32,871 nt of DNA from Candidatus Bilamarchaeaceae archaeon (GTDB taxonomy: Archaea; Micrarchaeota; Micrarchaeia; Anstonellales; Bilamarchaeaceae), in contig JAVZJR010000001.1 in NCBI GenBank assembly GCA_038870635.1, positions 360,712 through 393,582 on the forward strand, given 5' to 3'. This document shows positions 10,001-18,862 of the stretch, piece after piece. The stretch's first letter is position 1; each line of letters opens with the position of its first letter. The position numbers and the translations under genes were made by a program. Under the pieces are notes generated by a model. That model ran no database searches, was not told where the DNA came from, and saw nothing but the letters and a program-made list of their open reading frames with translations.

Positions 10001-10864
10001 ATGCGCATGCTCGACGCAATCGAAAATATTCTTCGTAAGGAAAACCGGCCTTTGACTGCAAAAGAAATTAGTGAGATAGCAATTAAATCAGGTTTAATTA
10101 AGTTTAGAGGTAAAACGCCGTGGGCGTCTGTTGGTGCAAGAATTTACGTTGATTTAAAAACGAAAGGCGCAGACTCTAAATTTAAAAAAGTTGGAAAAGG
10201 AAAATTCGCCCTCCGCGACTCAACTCCACAATTCAAGAAGAATTCTTTCAAAGGAGCAGCATTTCAAGTTCTCAGAGAAGAGGGACGTCCTCTACGTTCT
10301 GAGGAAATATTGGCCTTGGCTCAAAAGCGAGGACTGCTTAAAACATCTGGAAAAACTCCATGGGCCACCATGGCCGCCCAGTTATACATGGACGTAAAAT
10401 CGAAAAAGTCTCCGTTTGTTCAGCTTGGGAAAAATCGCTTTGGTCTAAGGGAATTGGATCTGAGCGTTATCAAAAAAGAAATTGAGGCAGAAGAAAATCG
10501 CAAACTACAGCAAGAAGCAAGGTTTGAAAAGAAACGCTCTATTGTTGGGGAACCAATAAATTTTGGCGGTTTGGTCTATGGACCATTAAATGAAAACGGA
10601 GTGATATTTCTTTTTGCAAAACTGCAAAATAAATTGGGAATAGTAGTCGAGAGCATACAGGCAACTTTTCCTGACGCGCGGGGAAGGCGAAAAACTCCTC
10701 GCGGTTGGGAAGAAGTTTGGATAGAATTTGAATATAAAAGCTCGCACTTCAAACAACATGGTCATGACCCAAAGGAATGTGATATTATTGTGTGTTGGGA
10801 GCACGATTGGCCAGATTGCCCCTTAGAAGTAATTGAGTTAAAGAAATTAGTTAATTCAGTCTAA
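10001..10864 (+). CDS. Tandem HARE-HTH domains fused to a PD-(D/E)XK-like endonuclease domain
   Basis: Two repeats (L..E.RPL...EI...A...GL....GKTPWAS/TM.A..Y.D...F...GK..F.LR), a coiled linker, then NENGVIFLF...FPDA...IEFEYKSSHFKQHGHDPKECDIIVCWEHDW. Confidence 0.8.
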   Translation: MRMLDAIENILRKENRPLTAKEISEIAIKSGLIKFRGKTPWASVGARIYVDLKTKGADSKFKKVGKGKFALRDSTPQFKKNSFKGAAFQVLREEGRPLRSEEILALAQKRGLLKTSGKTPWATMAAQLYMDVKSKKSPFVQLGKNRFGLRELDLSVIKKEIEAEENRKLQQEARFEKKRSIVGEPINFGGLVYGPLNENGVIFLFAKLQNKLGIVVESIQATFPDARGRRKTPRGWEEVWIEFEYKSSHFKQHGHDPKECDIIVCWEHDWPDCPLEVIELKKLVNSV

Positions 10865-11284
10865 TTTTCGCTTGTTCTGTTTATCATTTCTCGTTTTGTT
10901 CTAGCAATTTTCTAGGAAGCGATTGAGAGACAGAAATTCTATAAGAAGCATTCAGTCAGTGGCTAAGCAAATTAGCCCAGTTGAGCAGGATTGTAGCCGT
11001 TGCGTTGTTCACAGTGGTTGCAAACAACATGATGCTCAAACTATTGGAATTGATTCCATGGGAGGGCGCAGCGTTCACCAGTTGACTTGCAAGACTGATC
11101 TCGACTACCGCACGATCAACAATACGTAAACTTGATAAAATTTAAATGTCCGGATTTCGTCGCCGAAGTGCCGGTTCAAAACGACCGGTGACTCGAAGTC
11201 GGTGTTGCATTCAACAATCAGAAAACTCAATCGATTACATTGTATTTTGACGCTTTGCTGGTTGGAGGAAAAAAATAGTTCTGT

Positions 11285-11907
11285 TCAAATCCAACCCATC
11301 GTATACTTTGCGTAGTTGAATTCGTCCATACTTTTCAAGAATTGTTCGGAATTCTTAACACATGGTCTCAGTTTTTCTTCAAGGTCTTTATTGATCCAAC
11401 AGAATTTGATATATTTTATATCTGGTTGCTGACCGCAGTATACTGAATAGGCTCTTGCAATCTTGTCGTCCTAAAGCGGAAAGAAGTTAGGCGCCAACAG
11501 ACGCAACGCCTTGACAACCGCTACCTGACTTTTCCTTTCACTAACCTTGGAGTTTTCAGTTTCTATCTTCAAGGTGTCAAGCAACTCAATGAATAATCTA
11601 TGTATTTCTTTTTCGTAGTCATGATTTAGTTCGCGAATACTTCGTTTTCGAAATTGCGCCAAAACGGAAATATTCTTTTCCAAAAATTTTTCGAGTCTTG
11701 AAAAATCAAAGCGTCCATAGCGATAAAATGCTTGATTCCATGTTAGCATTAAGACGCCGATCGCGTTGGACATTTTCCCGGTTTTCCCCACCAATGGTTT
11801 ACGAGAAAAGTTGCAACACGACACATAGTGTCTCGTTTTTCATGTTTTGTGAATTCATCGCGTCCTCGGCAAAATTCTTCGCAGGAAGGAATGTGATATT
11901 CTTTCAT
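11285..11907 (-). pseudogene. Disrupted gene (frameshift near 11780 plus in-frame TAG at 11471-11473), possibly helix-hairpin-helix/glycosylase-like family
   Basis: MKEYHIPSCEEF...VATFLVNHWWGKP (one frame) joins MSNAIGVLMLTWNQAFYRYG...VAVVKALRLLAPNFFPL*DDKIARAY...KSMDEFNYAKYTMGWI-stop (second frame); the frame stays open for 61 codons past the TAG. Confidence 0.75.
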
Positions 11908-12240
11908 AAGTACTATTTCGAGCCTGTTATTTATAATTGTGCATGAAAATGCCGAATTCTCCACGAATCGAAATGAGACCCCAGAGCGCCAAGTTGTTGC
12001 ATGGAAGCAAAACATTGGTCGTAATCTGCGATTCAAGAAACACGGCGAAGGTTTTGAAATACTCAGTTCGGTTGGTCGTGACGAGCCCGTCCTCGTCCCG
12101 GAAGCTAAAAACCAGCATAGAGTTTTTAAACGTCTAATGCTCCACTTTGGTACGTGAAAGGACATTTTCAAAGGGTTCTGCTCTAAGATGCGGTCTCGCC
12201 TTGCTCTCCCTGCATTTTTTTACAATTCTAAAACACAAAC

Positions 12241-12444
12241 TTATTGAAAAAACAGAAATGCAAAAATATAAATCAAAACGAGCAAAGCTGTTGTAATATA
12301 AAATGCATTTTTTATACTTAAAGCCATTTTCTTTTGCGGCTCCATTTTTGGAAAATGCATATATGTGTATAAAGCAATGACCAATCCCGCCGCTAAACTT
12401 AACAAAATTATAAAAGGTAAAACCGCAATTATTCCCTTATTCAT
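12241..12444 (-). CDS. Small two-TM membrane protein
   Basis: Two hydrophobic stretches; likely start ATG 12444 overlapping the dynamin stop (ORF track extends to 12468). Confidence 0.7.
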   Translation of the reverse strand: MNKGIIAVLPFIILLSLAAGLVIALYTYMHFPKMEPQKKMALSIKNAFYITTALLVLIYIFAFLFFQ

Positions 12445-14194
12445 CAAAACCATCTTTTTCAATTTCATTTAGTTTGTTAATAATTGAATTTAGCTCTTTT
12501 ATTTCGTTCTCTATTTCTTTTACTCTTTTTTCTATTTTTTCTTTTCCTAAAAGATGAACCTCTTTTGCTTTTTCATTCGCTTCCCTAATTGAATTAATTA
12601 CAATGTCTATTTTTTCTTCTAAAGCCCCTTTAAATTTAATTGCGCTTTTTTGCAGCCTTACTAAAAAATCATATCTCATTCTACCGCAGTTTCTGTCTAT
12701 GTCTTCCTCTATCTCCACTGGCAAGCTGTTTACTAATTGCTTTTTAAAAATAGATTTTGGTAGCAATTTTTGAACCATTGAAATTGTTTTTATTTCATCC
12801 TCTTTGCTGAGTTTAAAGTAAAAACCACTTTCCATGATGAATTTTTCTTCAGTTTTTTTGCTTTCTATCTTAACATCAAAAAGGCCCGTTGCTAATTTTT
12901 CAATTTCTGTTATGACTTCATTGGCTTTTGATGAATATTTTGTCATTCGTTCAGAAAAAATGCGCACTACTTTTTCTTGTTCCGCGTTTCGCCACTGTTC
13001 TAATTCGTGAAGAATGCTCTCTTGTCTATAATCATCAATGGCATTTGCGAACTGAGTGTTATTTTTATTTTCTAATGAGGTTGCGTAATCCACTATTTTT
13101 TTTGTTAAACTCGGGGTTATTTCTTTTTTAAGTTTATCTAAATCCTCATCTATTATCTCCAATATCTTTTTTTGCTCGATATTTATTAATTCTTCATTAT
13201 ACTCTTTTTGATGCAAAATTTTTTGTAATTCTTCATCGAATTTTTTTATTCGTTGTTCTAATGTTTCAGATGAGATAGTTAAACTGCTTTTTTCAATTAG
13301 TCTCTCAGTTATTATACCTTCAACGATACGCCTTAATCTTGCTGCGGCCACTCCTAAAACAAAACTACCTTTTTTTGAAACTATGAAACTTTCTAATTCT
13401 CTTTCGAAATTTAGAAGTCTTTCATCTTCCTCTCCTTTTATTTTTCTTTCCAAAGCATTTTTTGCGGATAAGGGGAATATTTTTATTGTTTCTTTTTCTG
13501 TCTTCATTTTTGAGGCTATTACGCCTCTATTAAAATCGATTACTTCTTTTATTTCAGAGGACTCAAGATAGTCTATCTTGTTTAATACAAAAAAGAACTT
13601 GTATGCATATTTTGCACTTTCTTCTAAAAACTGGCATTCAGCTTCGCTTATGGGCGGATCTGCAGAAAGCACAAATATTATTGCATCAGCTTCCGGAAGA
13701 AAACTAAAAGCTACATCTGTATTGTGTTTATATATTGATCCGATTCCGGGGGTATCTACAAGAGTTACCCCATGCGCAAGAAAGTTTGAAGGCGCTTCGA
13801 TATCTACCCTTTGCACTTTTTTTACATTTTTTGGATTGAGTTTTTCTGTTACATACTGCTCTATTTCTCCTTTTTTTATTTCCATTTGCTTGTTGTCCTC
13901 AAAGATTACTCTAATTTTTAGTTGAGCACCATAATGAATAGTTGTTATCACAGAAGTTAGGGGGAGTACAGCCGTTGGCAGTAAATTATTACCGAGAATT
14001 GCATTTATAGTGGTTGTTTTTCCTCTTTTAAACTGGCCAACGATTGCTAAAGTAAATGATTCATTTTCTATATTCTTTTTTAGCCTATCTAATTTTTCAT
14101 TTAGATTACCATCAAATTTTCTTGTTTTTTCTATTAAATCTAAAATTTCTTTATTTTTATTATTAAAATTTTCAGCATCAATCTTCATATTCAT
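12437..14194 (-). CDS. Bacterial-type dynamin-like GTPase
   Basis: G1 GQFKRGKTT, G2 LPTAVLPLT, G3 LVDTPG, G4 LNKID, G5 SAK, followed by a long helical stalk. Confidence 0.92.
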   Translation of the reverse strand: MNMKIDAENFNNKNKEILDLIEKTRKFDGNLNEKLDRLKKNIENESFTLAIVGQFKRGKTTTINAILGNNLLPTAVLPLTSVITTIHYGAQLKIRVIFEDNKQMEIKKGEIEQYVTEKLNPKNVKKVQRVDIEAPSNFLAHGVTLVDTPGIGSIYKHNTDVAFSFLPEADAIIFVLSADPPISEAECQFLEESAKYAYKFFFVLNKIDYLESSEIKEVIDFNRGVIASKMKTEKETIKIFPLSAKNALERKIKGEEDERLLNFERELESFIVSKKGSFVLGVAAARLRRIVEGIITERLIEKSSLTISSETLEQRIKKFDEELQKILHQKEYNEELINIEQKKILEIIDEDLDKLKKEITPSLTKKIVDYATSLENKNNTQFANAIDDYRQESILHELEQWRNAEQEKVVRIFSERMTKYSSKANEVITEIEKLATGLFDVKIESKKTEEKFIMESGFYFKLSKEDEIKTISMVQKLLPKSIFKKQLVNSLPVEIEEDIDRNCGRMRYDFLVRLQKSAIKFKGALEEKIDIVINSIREANEKAKEVHLLGKEKIEKRVKEIENEIKELNSIINKLNEIEKDGFDE

Positions 14195-15068
14195 CCCCCA
14201 TCAATTCTAGAAGTGATTTAATAGCGAAATAACTATTGCCCAATGTGGATATTCCTATGTGCTTTGCTCTTCTAAAACCTCCATCTTCGTTTTGAAGATG
14301 AGCTATAAAGTTTATGTGGTTTTTTCTTTTTTTTATCGCTTTTTTAAACATTTTTAATATTTCAACAGCAAAGTGTGTTGTTTCTATATACGGAGGTAAT
14401 ATTTCCGGAGCAATGGCATAGCCGCCTTCTTTAACTTCACACCTTAATACAAATTCAACACTTTGCCTAAAAGATGATACATCGTAACCAGCCAACTTTA
14501 AAGTATTTAATACATGATATGTGCTGACGATATCTAGATGGCCTTGAATAAACATCCATTCATTATTTTGCTTGTTCAACCAAGAAAAATCTTCTTTTTT
14601 TATCTTATCTTTACAGGTGTGCAAAATTTCCGCAATTTGATATGCTGTCTTAAATGGTGAATCCGTGGTATCATAATCTGCTGTTAGAAATTCATCATTA
14701 AGTGTTTCTATATCGATATGGGACCTATTTAATTTTGAGTGTAAAAATTGCGCATAGTAATCACTTATTTCAGTTCTTTCGCCTAAAATTTTTAGAGTTT
14801 TAATAGCATAGAACGCAACATTTACAGAATCATAGCTTCCATCTGGCCTTTGTATCTCCTTTAAATATCTTATTGTTTTTTTCTTTGACGGTATATATTC
14901 ACCAAGAAGAGAAAGAATAGCTATTGCATAAAATGTTTCTGATACGCTTGATGGAAATTCGACACCATACATTGGATATGAAAACGAATACCCTCCGTCA
15001 CTATTGAGTCGGCATTTTACAAAGTCTAAAAGTTCTTTTATATCAACATATTCGTTTAAATTCATCAT
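14178..15068 (-). CDS. Prenyltransferase/squalene-oxidase-repeat (alpha/alpha toroid) protein
   Basis: Repeats RLNSDGGYS...TFYAIAILSLLG, IQRPDGSY...FYAIKTLKILG, CEVKEGGYA...THFAVEIL, LQNEDGGFR...SYFAIKSL. Confidence 0.85.
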   Translation of the reverse strand: MMNLNEYVDIKELLDFVKCRLNSDGGYSFSYPMYGVEFPSSVSETFYAIAILSLLGEYIPSKKKTIRYLKEIQRPDGSYDSVNVAFYAIKTLKILGERTEISDYYAQFLHSKLNRSHIDIETLNDEFLTADYDTTDSPFKTAYQIAEILHTCKDKIKKEDFSWLNKQNNEWMFIQGHLDIVSTYHVLNTLKLAGYDVSSFRQSVEFVLRCEVKEGGYAIAPEILPPYIETTHFAVEILKMFKKAIKKRKNHINFIAHLQNEDGGFRRAKHIGISTLGNSYFAIKSLLELMGDEYED

Positions 15069-15086
15069 AACCTGCCTTTTTTAAAA

Positions 15087-15141
15087 GTAGAAGCTATCGG
15101 CCTATCGGCGGTTTAGCTTATGCAAGGCGAGCTTCATCGCC
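15087..15141 (-). promoter_or_regulatory. Fluoride riboswitch (crcB motif)
   Basis: Minus strand GGCGAUGAAGCUCGCC-UUGCAUAAGCU-AAACCGCC-GAUA-GGCCGAUAGCUUCUAC: P1 GGCGA/UCGCC, hairpin GCC-GAUA-GGC, pseudoknot GAAGC/GCUUC, conserved GAUG, AAAC and CUAC; ends 18 nt before the ATG at 15068. Confidence 0.9.
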
Positions 15142-15168
15142 AATATTATTAATACAGTAAAAAATAAA

Positions 15169-15633
15169 TTAGTACCTTATTATAACCGCAAGTAAAGAGC
15201 CAATTAAAATTAAAGCTGAACCGCAACAATCGCTGCTTTTTTGTGGCACTAATATCTTTCCATAAATCCTCGTAGCAAAGTCTTTTCCGCTAAGCGTCCC
15301 GTTTGCGTAACCCAAAACATCTGTTGTTTTTGCGTAAGTAAGCAAAACTGGATGTCCCCCTATTCGGGTAATCACAAAAACCATATCTGTTTGAGGGTAT
15401 TCATCTGCAATTGCAACCATCGCCAGCGTATTATCTGATAATATTCTAGCGGGGGAGGTTGTTGGTTTCTGTTCGTATTCAATAACCGCCCCTTCAGGGG
15501 TTAGACCTACATCTGTAACTTCTAATCCATAATGCTTTAGTGTTTCTCTAATTACATCTTTTGAAGTGTACTCTGCATAAGATAAAGAACAAAAAACAAT
15601 AACAGCCAAGATAAACATAACTTCTTTTCTCAT
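15169..15633 (-). CDS. Secreted/surface protein with C-terminal Cys + hydrophobic anchor
   Basis: N-terminal signal peptide; C-terminus SSDCCGSALILIGSLLAVIIRY. Confidence 0.75.
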   Translation of the reverse strand: MRKEVMFILAVIVFCSLSYAEYTSKDVIRETLKHYGLEVTDVGLTPEGAVIEYEQKPTTSPARILSDNTLAMVAIADEYPQTDMVFVITRIGGHPVLLTYAKTTDVLGYANGTLSGKDFATRIYGKILVPQKSSDCCGSALILIGSLLAVIIRY

Positions 15634-15637
15634 GTTA

Positions 15638-16978
15638 TCAATCCTCGTCTCCCCGTAAACGTCTGTCTTGTATTTCTAATTCTTTTTTGTATTGCTTATA
15701 AGTTGCTTCATACGTATACTTATATTGAAGCATTTTTGGTAGAGTTTTGCCAAGATTTTCGTATATCTTTCCTTTAGCATCTTCGCTTAATAGACCAGTG
15801 ACATCTACAACTTTTTTCAGCGCTTCTTCTTTTTTAGATTCTAAATAGTCATCCACAACTGCTTTTGTGATACTTCCAATTGTTGCGTCTGGTCTAGTTG
15901 CAGTTAGCACTAATGATATTTTATCTTCTGGAAAAAGACCTACAGCAGCAAGAGCTGTTAAAAGATTTTTATCGCCTTCTGGGTCAGAAGCATACATATC
16001 AATTAAAGATTCCATTTCTGCTGCAGCTTCCGTACCAAAAGCCGCAGCCCTTATAGTTCTTTTTACATCTTCGAAAATGTTTCCGCTGGGTTCCTCTGGC
16101 ATAGCAGGAGGAGGTTTACTTTCGTAATATGTTTTAGTGTTATCTTTCACTACTTCATCATATTCTGGCTCTATATTCGGATCAGAAAGAAGAAAAGAAA
16201 TGCCATCATGGCCGACACATTGATATTTATCGTCTAAACCTAAAAAATAAATCTGCATATATTGCTCGGAATGAAAAGCGCTTGGGTCTGCTTTTATAGT
16301 TACCGTAATCGTTCCGCTTTTTCCTGGTTCAAGGTATAGTTTTGGAGGATTGAATGTTACATATTTATTTACCCAATTTGGATAAGTTTTACCTGGATAA
16401 AAAACACTTACTCCTTGCGCATCTGGTCTAGCAGTTATTGTATATGTTTTTGTGAATGTTTGCCCGTATTGTCCCTTCTGCTCAGAAAAGCCAAGCCCTT
16501 TTATATTTTTTGTACAATCTATTCTCTCTCTGTTTGGTTTTATACACTTATCATCTTTCATGTAATAACCAACATCACAAACGCATCTTTTTAGATTATA
16601 ATCATAGCTTTGATACTCACCTTTACATGCTTCTGATTCCTTAATACATTTTCCTTCTATTTCTACTTCGTCTTTTTGGCACTCCGGCCCGTACCTTTTG
16701 TCGCATTCCTCTCTGCACTTATCTATTATTGGAGCCCTGCCGCATCCAAACCCTTGGCAAACACATTCTCCACCAGAAACATCTGCGCAAGCTGGACTGG
16801 CATCAACTGCTTTTGGTTGGTAATAACAAGAAACAACACTACAATCCCAACCTGCTTCCCAACAGCTGCACTCGCAAAGACAAGCGTTCATCTTGTCTTT
16901 ATCAACAGCCCATAGATACTGCGGAGCAATAAAAAAAACAAAAAAAGAGAACAACAAGATTTTCTTGATAACGTTCAT
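15638..16978 (-). CDS. Secreted cysteine-rich protein (EGF-like modules, Ig-like domain, helical tail)
   Basis: Signal peptide; about 19 Cys in the first ~155 aa including CVCDVGYYMKDDKC; FNPPKLYLEPGKSGTITVTIKA beta-sandwich pattern. Confidence 0.8.
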   Translation of the reverse strand: MNVIKKILLFSFFVFFIAPQYLWAVDKDKMNACLCECSCWEAGWDCSVVSCYYQPKAVDASPACADVSGGECVCQGFGCGRAPIIDKCREECDKRYGPECQKDEVEIEGKCIKESEACKGEYQSYDYNLKRCVCDVGYYMKDDKCIKPNRERIDCTKNIKGLGFSEQKGQYGQTFTKTYTITARPDAQGVSVFYPGKTYPNWVNKYVTFNPPKLYLEPGKSGTITVTIKADPSAFHSEQYMQIYFLGLDDKYQCVGHDGISFLLSDPNIEPEYDEVVKDNTKTYYESKPPPAMPEEPSGNIFEDVKRTIRAAAFGTEAAAEMESLIDMYASDPEGDKNLLTALAAVGLFPEDKISLVLTATRPDATIGSITKAVVDDYLESKKEEALKKVVDVTGLLSEDAKGKIYENLGKTLPKMLQYKYTYEATYKQYKKELEIQDRRLRGDED

Positions 16979-17052
16979 TTTTGGTTATCTGATGTTAAAT
17001 ATAAAAAGATTGGTTTTTTGCTGAAGGTTATGCGCCGTCTTCAACTTATTGA

Positions 17053-17850
17053 TTAAAAGAGATTAGATATTAAACCAAAGAAAGAATACACTATTCCCTC
17101 AAATATTGGAAAAATTAAGACGCCGTTGTTGGTTGCTTTCATATCGCTAAAAATATCCGAGTGTATGTCTATGGTGATGTTTTTCTCTGCATGGATAATT
17201 GGGCTAGCTGCAGAGCGCACCTTAACTTCTGTTTTAAATATTTCTTCTTCTTCACCTACAATTTCATAAATTATTGTTCTGCTACTTTTGGCAGGAACAA
17301 AAACTGATCTTTTTAATTCCCATCTTTTTGGGCCTTCGGCATTTATCACAAAAACATCCCCTGTGGATCCTTTGTTATTTATAGTTATTGAAAACTTTGC
17401 CGGTTGTCCTGGTCCTGTTTTAACATAGGTGGGTTCTATCTTTGCATCCATAACATCATAAGTTATTTTTATCTTAACAAAGAAACTTTTCTCGCCAAGT
17501 TCCTCTAAGTTGTCTTCATCAATTAGCTTTATCTTAGCTAAATATTCGCCTTCTTTGGCATTTGGGTCTGCTGTAATAGCAACTCTTAGCGGATGGTCGT
17601 AAAGCTTACTTTGTATTCCCTTCCAATCAGTGGGTACTCTGTCAACAACTGCTAAATCATATATCCCTCCTTCGCCGAATTTGCCACCTTTCATAACCTT
17701 TTCGTCTATTAATACTTCTATTGTTTGGCCTGGGCCCATTTCACCTATATAAATTATGTCACCTTCATTTACCTCTTTGTCCACTGGCGCTAGGACGTGA
17801 AGTGCGTTAATGGCCCCTAAAAATAGTAAAATCATGATAAATTTTCTCAT
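17053..17850 (-). CDS. Surface protein with Ig-like (CARDB/NPCBM-like) domains and C-terminal membrane segment
   Basis: Signal peptide; PGQPAKFSITINNKGSTGDVF and VPAKSSRTI motifs; hydrophobic C-terminus. Confidence 0.75.
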   Translation of the reverse strand: MRKFIMILLFLGAINALHVLAPVDKEVNEGDIIYIGEMGPGQTIEVLIDEKVMKGGKFGEGGIYDLAVVDRVPTDWKGIQSKLYDHPLRVAITADPNAKEGEYLAKIKLIDEDNLEELGEKSFFVKIKITYDVMDAKIEPTYVKTGPGQPAKFSITINNKGSTGDVFVINAEGPKRWELKRSVFVPAKSSRTIIYEIVGEEEEIFKTEVKVRSAASPIIHAEKNITIDIHSDIFSDMKATNNGVLIFPIFEGIVYSFFGLISNLF

Positions 17851-17903
17851 GAACTTATTACAATGTTAGGGCTTAAAAAAGTTCCTAAAATAAAAAAAGA
17901 GGG

Positions 17904-18854
17904 TTAATCACTTATGCCATTTTTTGTTACTTTAAAAACACATTCTCCTTCTGGCAAATTTGGTGAATCCACTAGTCGCGCTATTCTTTTTTCATCCTTT
18001 CCTTTTCTGAGATAAAGTCTGTAAGTTGAAGCATGCGCCAATACATGGCCACCGATCGGTTTTGTAGGATCACCAAACATCATGCCTGGGTCATCCATTA
18101 CTTGATTAGTCACATATACTGCTAAATTATATTCATCTGCTAATCTCTGTAAATCGTGAACGTGTTTGTTTAGTTTTTGTTGTCTTTCGCCGAGTGCTCC
18201 TCTTCCCATATAATCAGAGCGGAAATGTGAAGTTAAGGAATCCACTATTATCAGCTTTATATTTTTCTCTTTTATAAGTTCTGCAGCCTTATCTACAATC
18301 ACCATCTGATGGTCGCTGTTTTCTGCTCTTACAACATAAATATTTTTTAGTACGTTTATGGGGTCCATTCCTGCTGCTTCTGCTATCTGTGCAATTCTTT
18401 CTGGGCGAAATGTGTGCTCAGTATCTATAAAGAGAACAGCGCCACTTAAACCACCTTGGTTTTCTGGTTTTTGAACATTCACGGCCAATTGAAATGCGAG
18501 TTGGCTTTTTCCAGAACTAAATCTCGCATAAGCTTCAGTTATTGCTTGCGTTTCTATACCACCTCCTAAAAGCTCATCAAGTGCTTTTGAACCTGTTGTT
18601 ATTTTTCCTATTACTTTTCTTCTTTCATAAACTTGATCACCACTCTCTATTCCTATATCTATTGCTTCTTTCGATGCATCAATTGCTTTTTTGGCCGCTT
18701 CAACTGACATGCCTACCAGCTCTGCAAGATCATGGGGGTTTGCTGCTGCTAACGCTGAGAAGGAATCATATCCTGCTGCTCTTAATTTTTCAGCTGTAGC
18801 TTCCCCTACCCCAGGTAGATCTTCTAATTCTCTATATAATTTTTTTGAAGCCAT
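17904..18854 (-). CDS. radA: DNA repair and recombination protein RadA
   Basis: [78 protein letters not shown]; no intein. Confidence 0.98.
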   Translation of the reverse strand: MASKKLYRELEDLPGVGEATAEKLRAAGYDSFSALAAANPHDLAELVGMSVEAAKKAIDASKEAIDIGIESGDQVYERRKVIGKITTGSKALDELLGGGIETQAITEAYARFSSGKSQLAFQLAVNVQKPENQGGLSGAVLFIDTEHTFRPERIAQIAEAAGMDPINVLKNIYVVRAENSDHQMVIVDKAAELIKEKNIKLIIVDSLTSHFRSDYMGRGALGERQQKLNKHVHDLQRLADEYNLAVYVTNQVMDDPGMMFGDPTKPIGGHVLAHASTYRLYLRKGKDEKRIARLVDSPNLPEGECVFKVTKNGISD

Positions 18855-18862
18855 ATAATCAC

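Noticed and set aside
10001..10864. Intron-encoded homing endonuclease
   Set aside because: The catalytic motif is similar, but there is no interrupted host gene or intron context, and the N-terminus is HARE-HTH.
10923..11129. 68-aa ORF in the islet
   Set aside because: No SD or recognisable motif; more likely decayed sequence.
11284..11293. GTTCAAATCC match to the tRNA T-loop as an att site
   Set aside because: Only 10 bp, and it overlaps the pseudogene's last codons; compatible with chance.
11471..11473. TAG read-through (pyrrolysine or recoding)
   Set aside because: The same gene also has a frameshift, TGG-to-TAG is a single change, and TAG is used as a normal stop elsewhere in the window.
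12241..12468. Small membrane protein as a Fluc/CrcB channel
   Set aside because: Too short, only two TM segments, and no GxxGGxTTFS motif.
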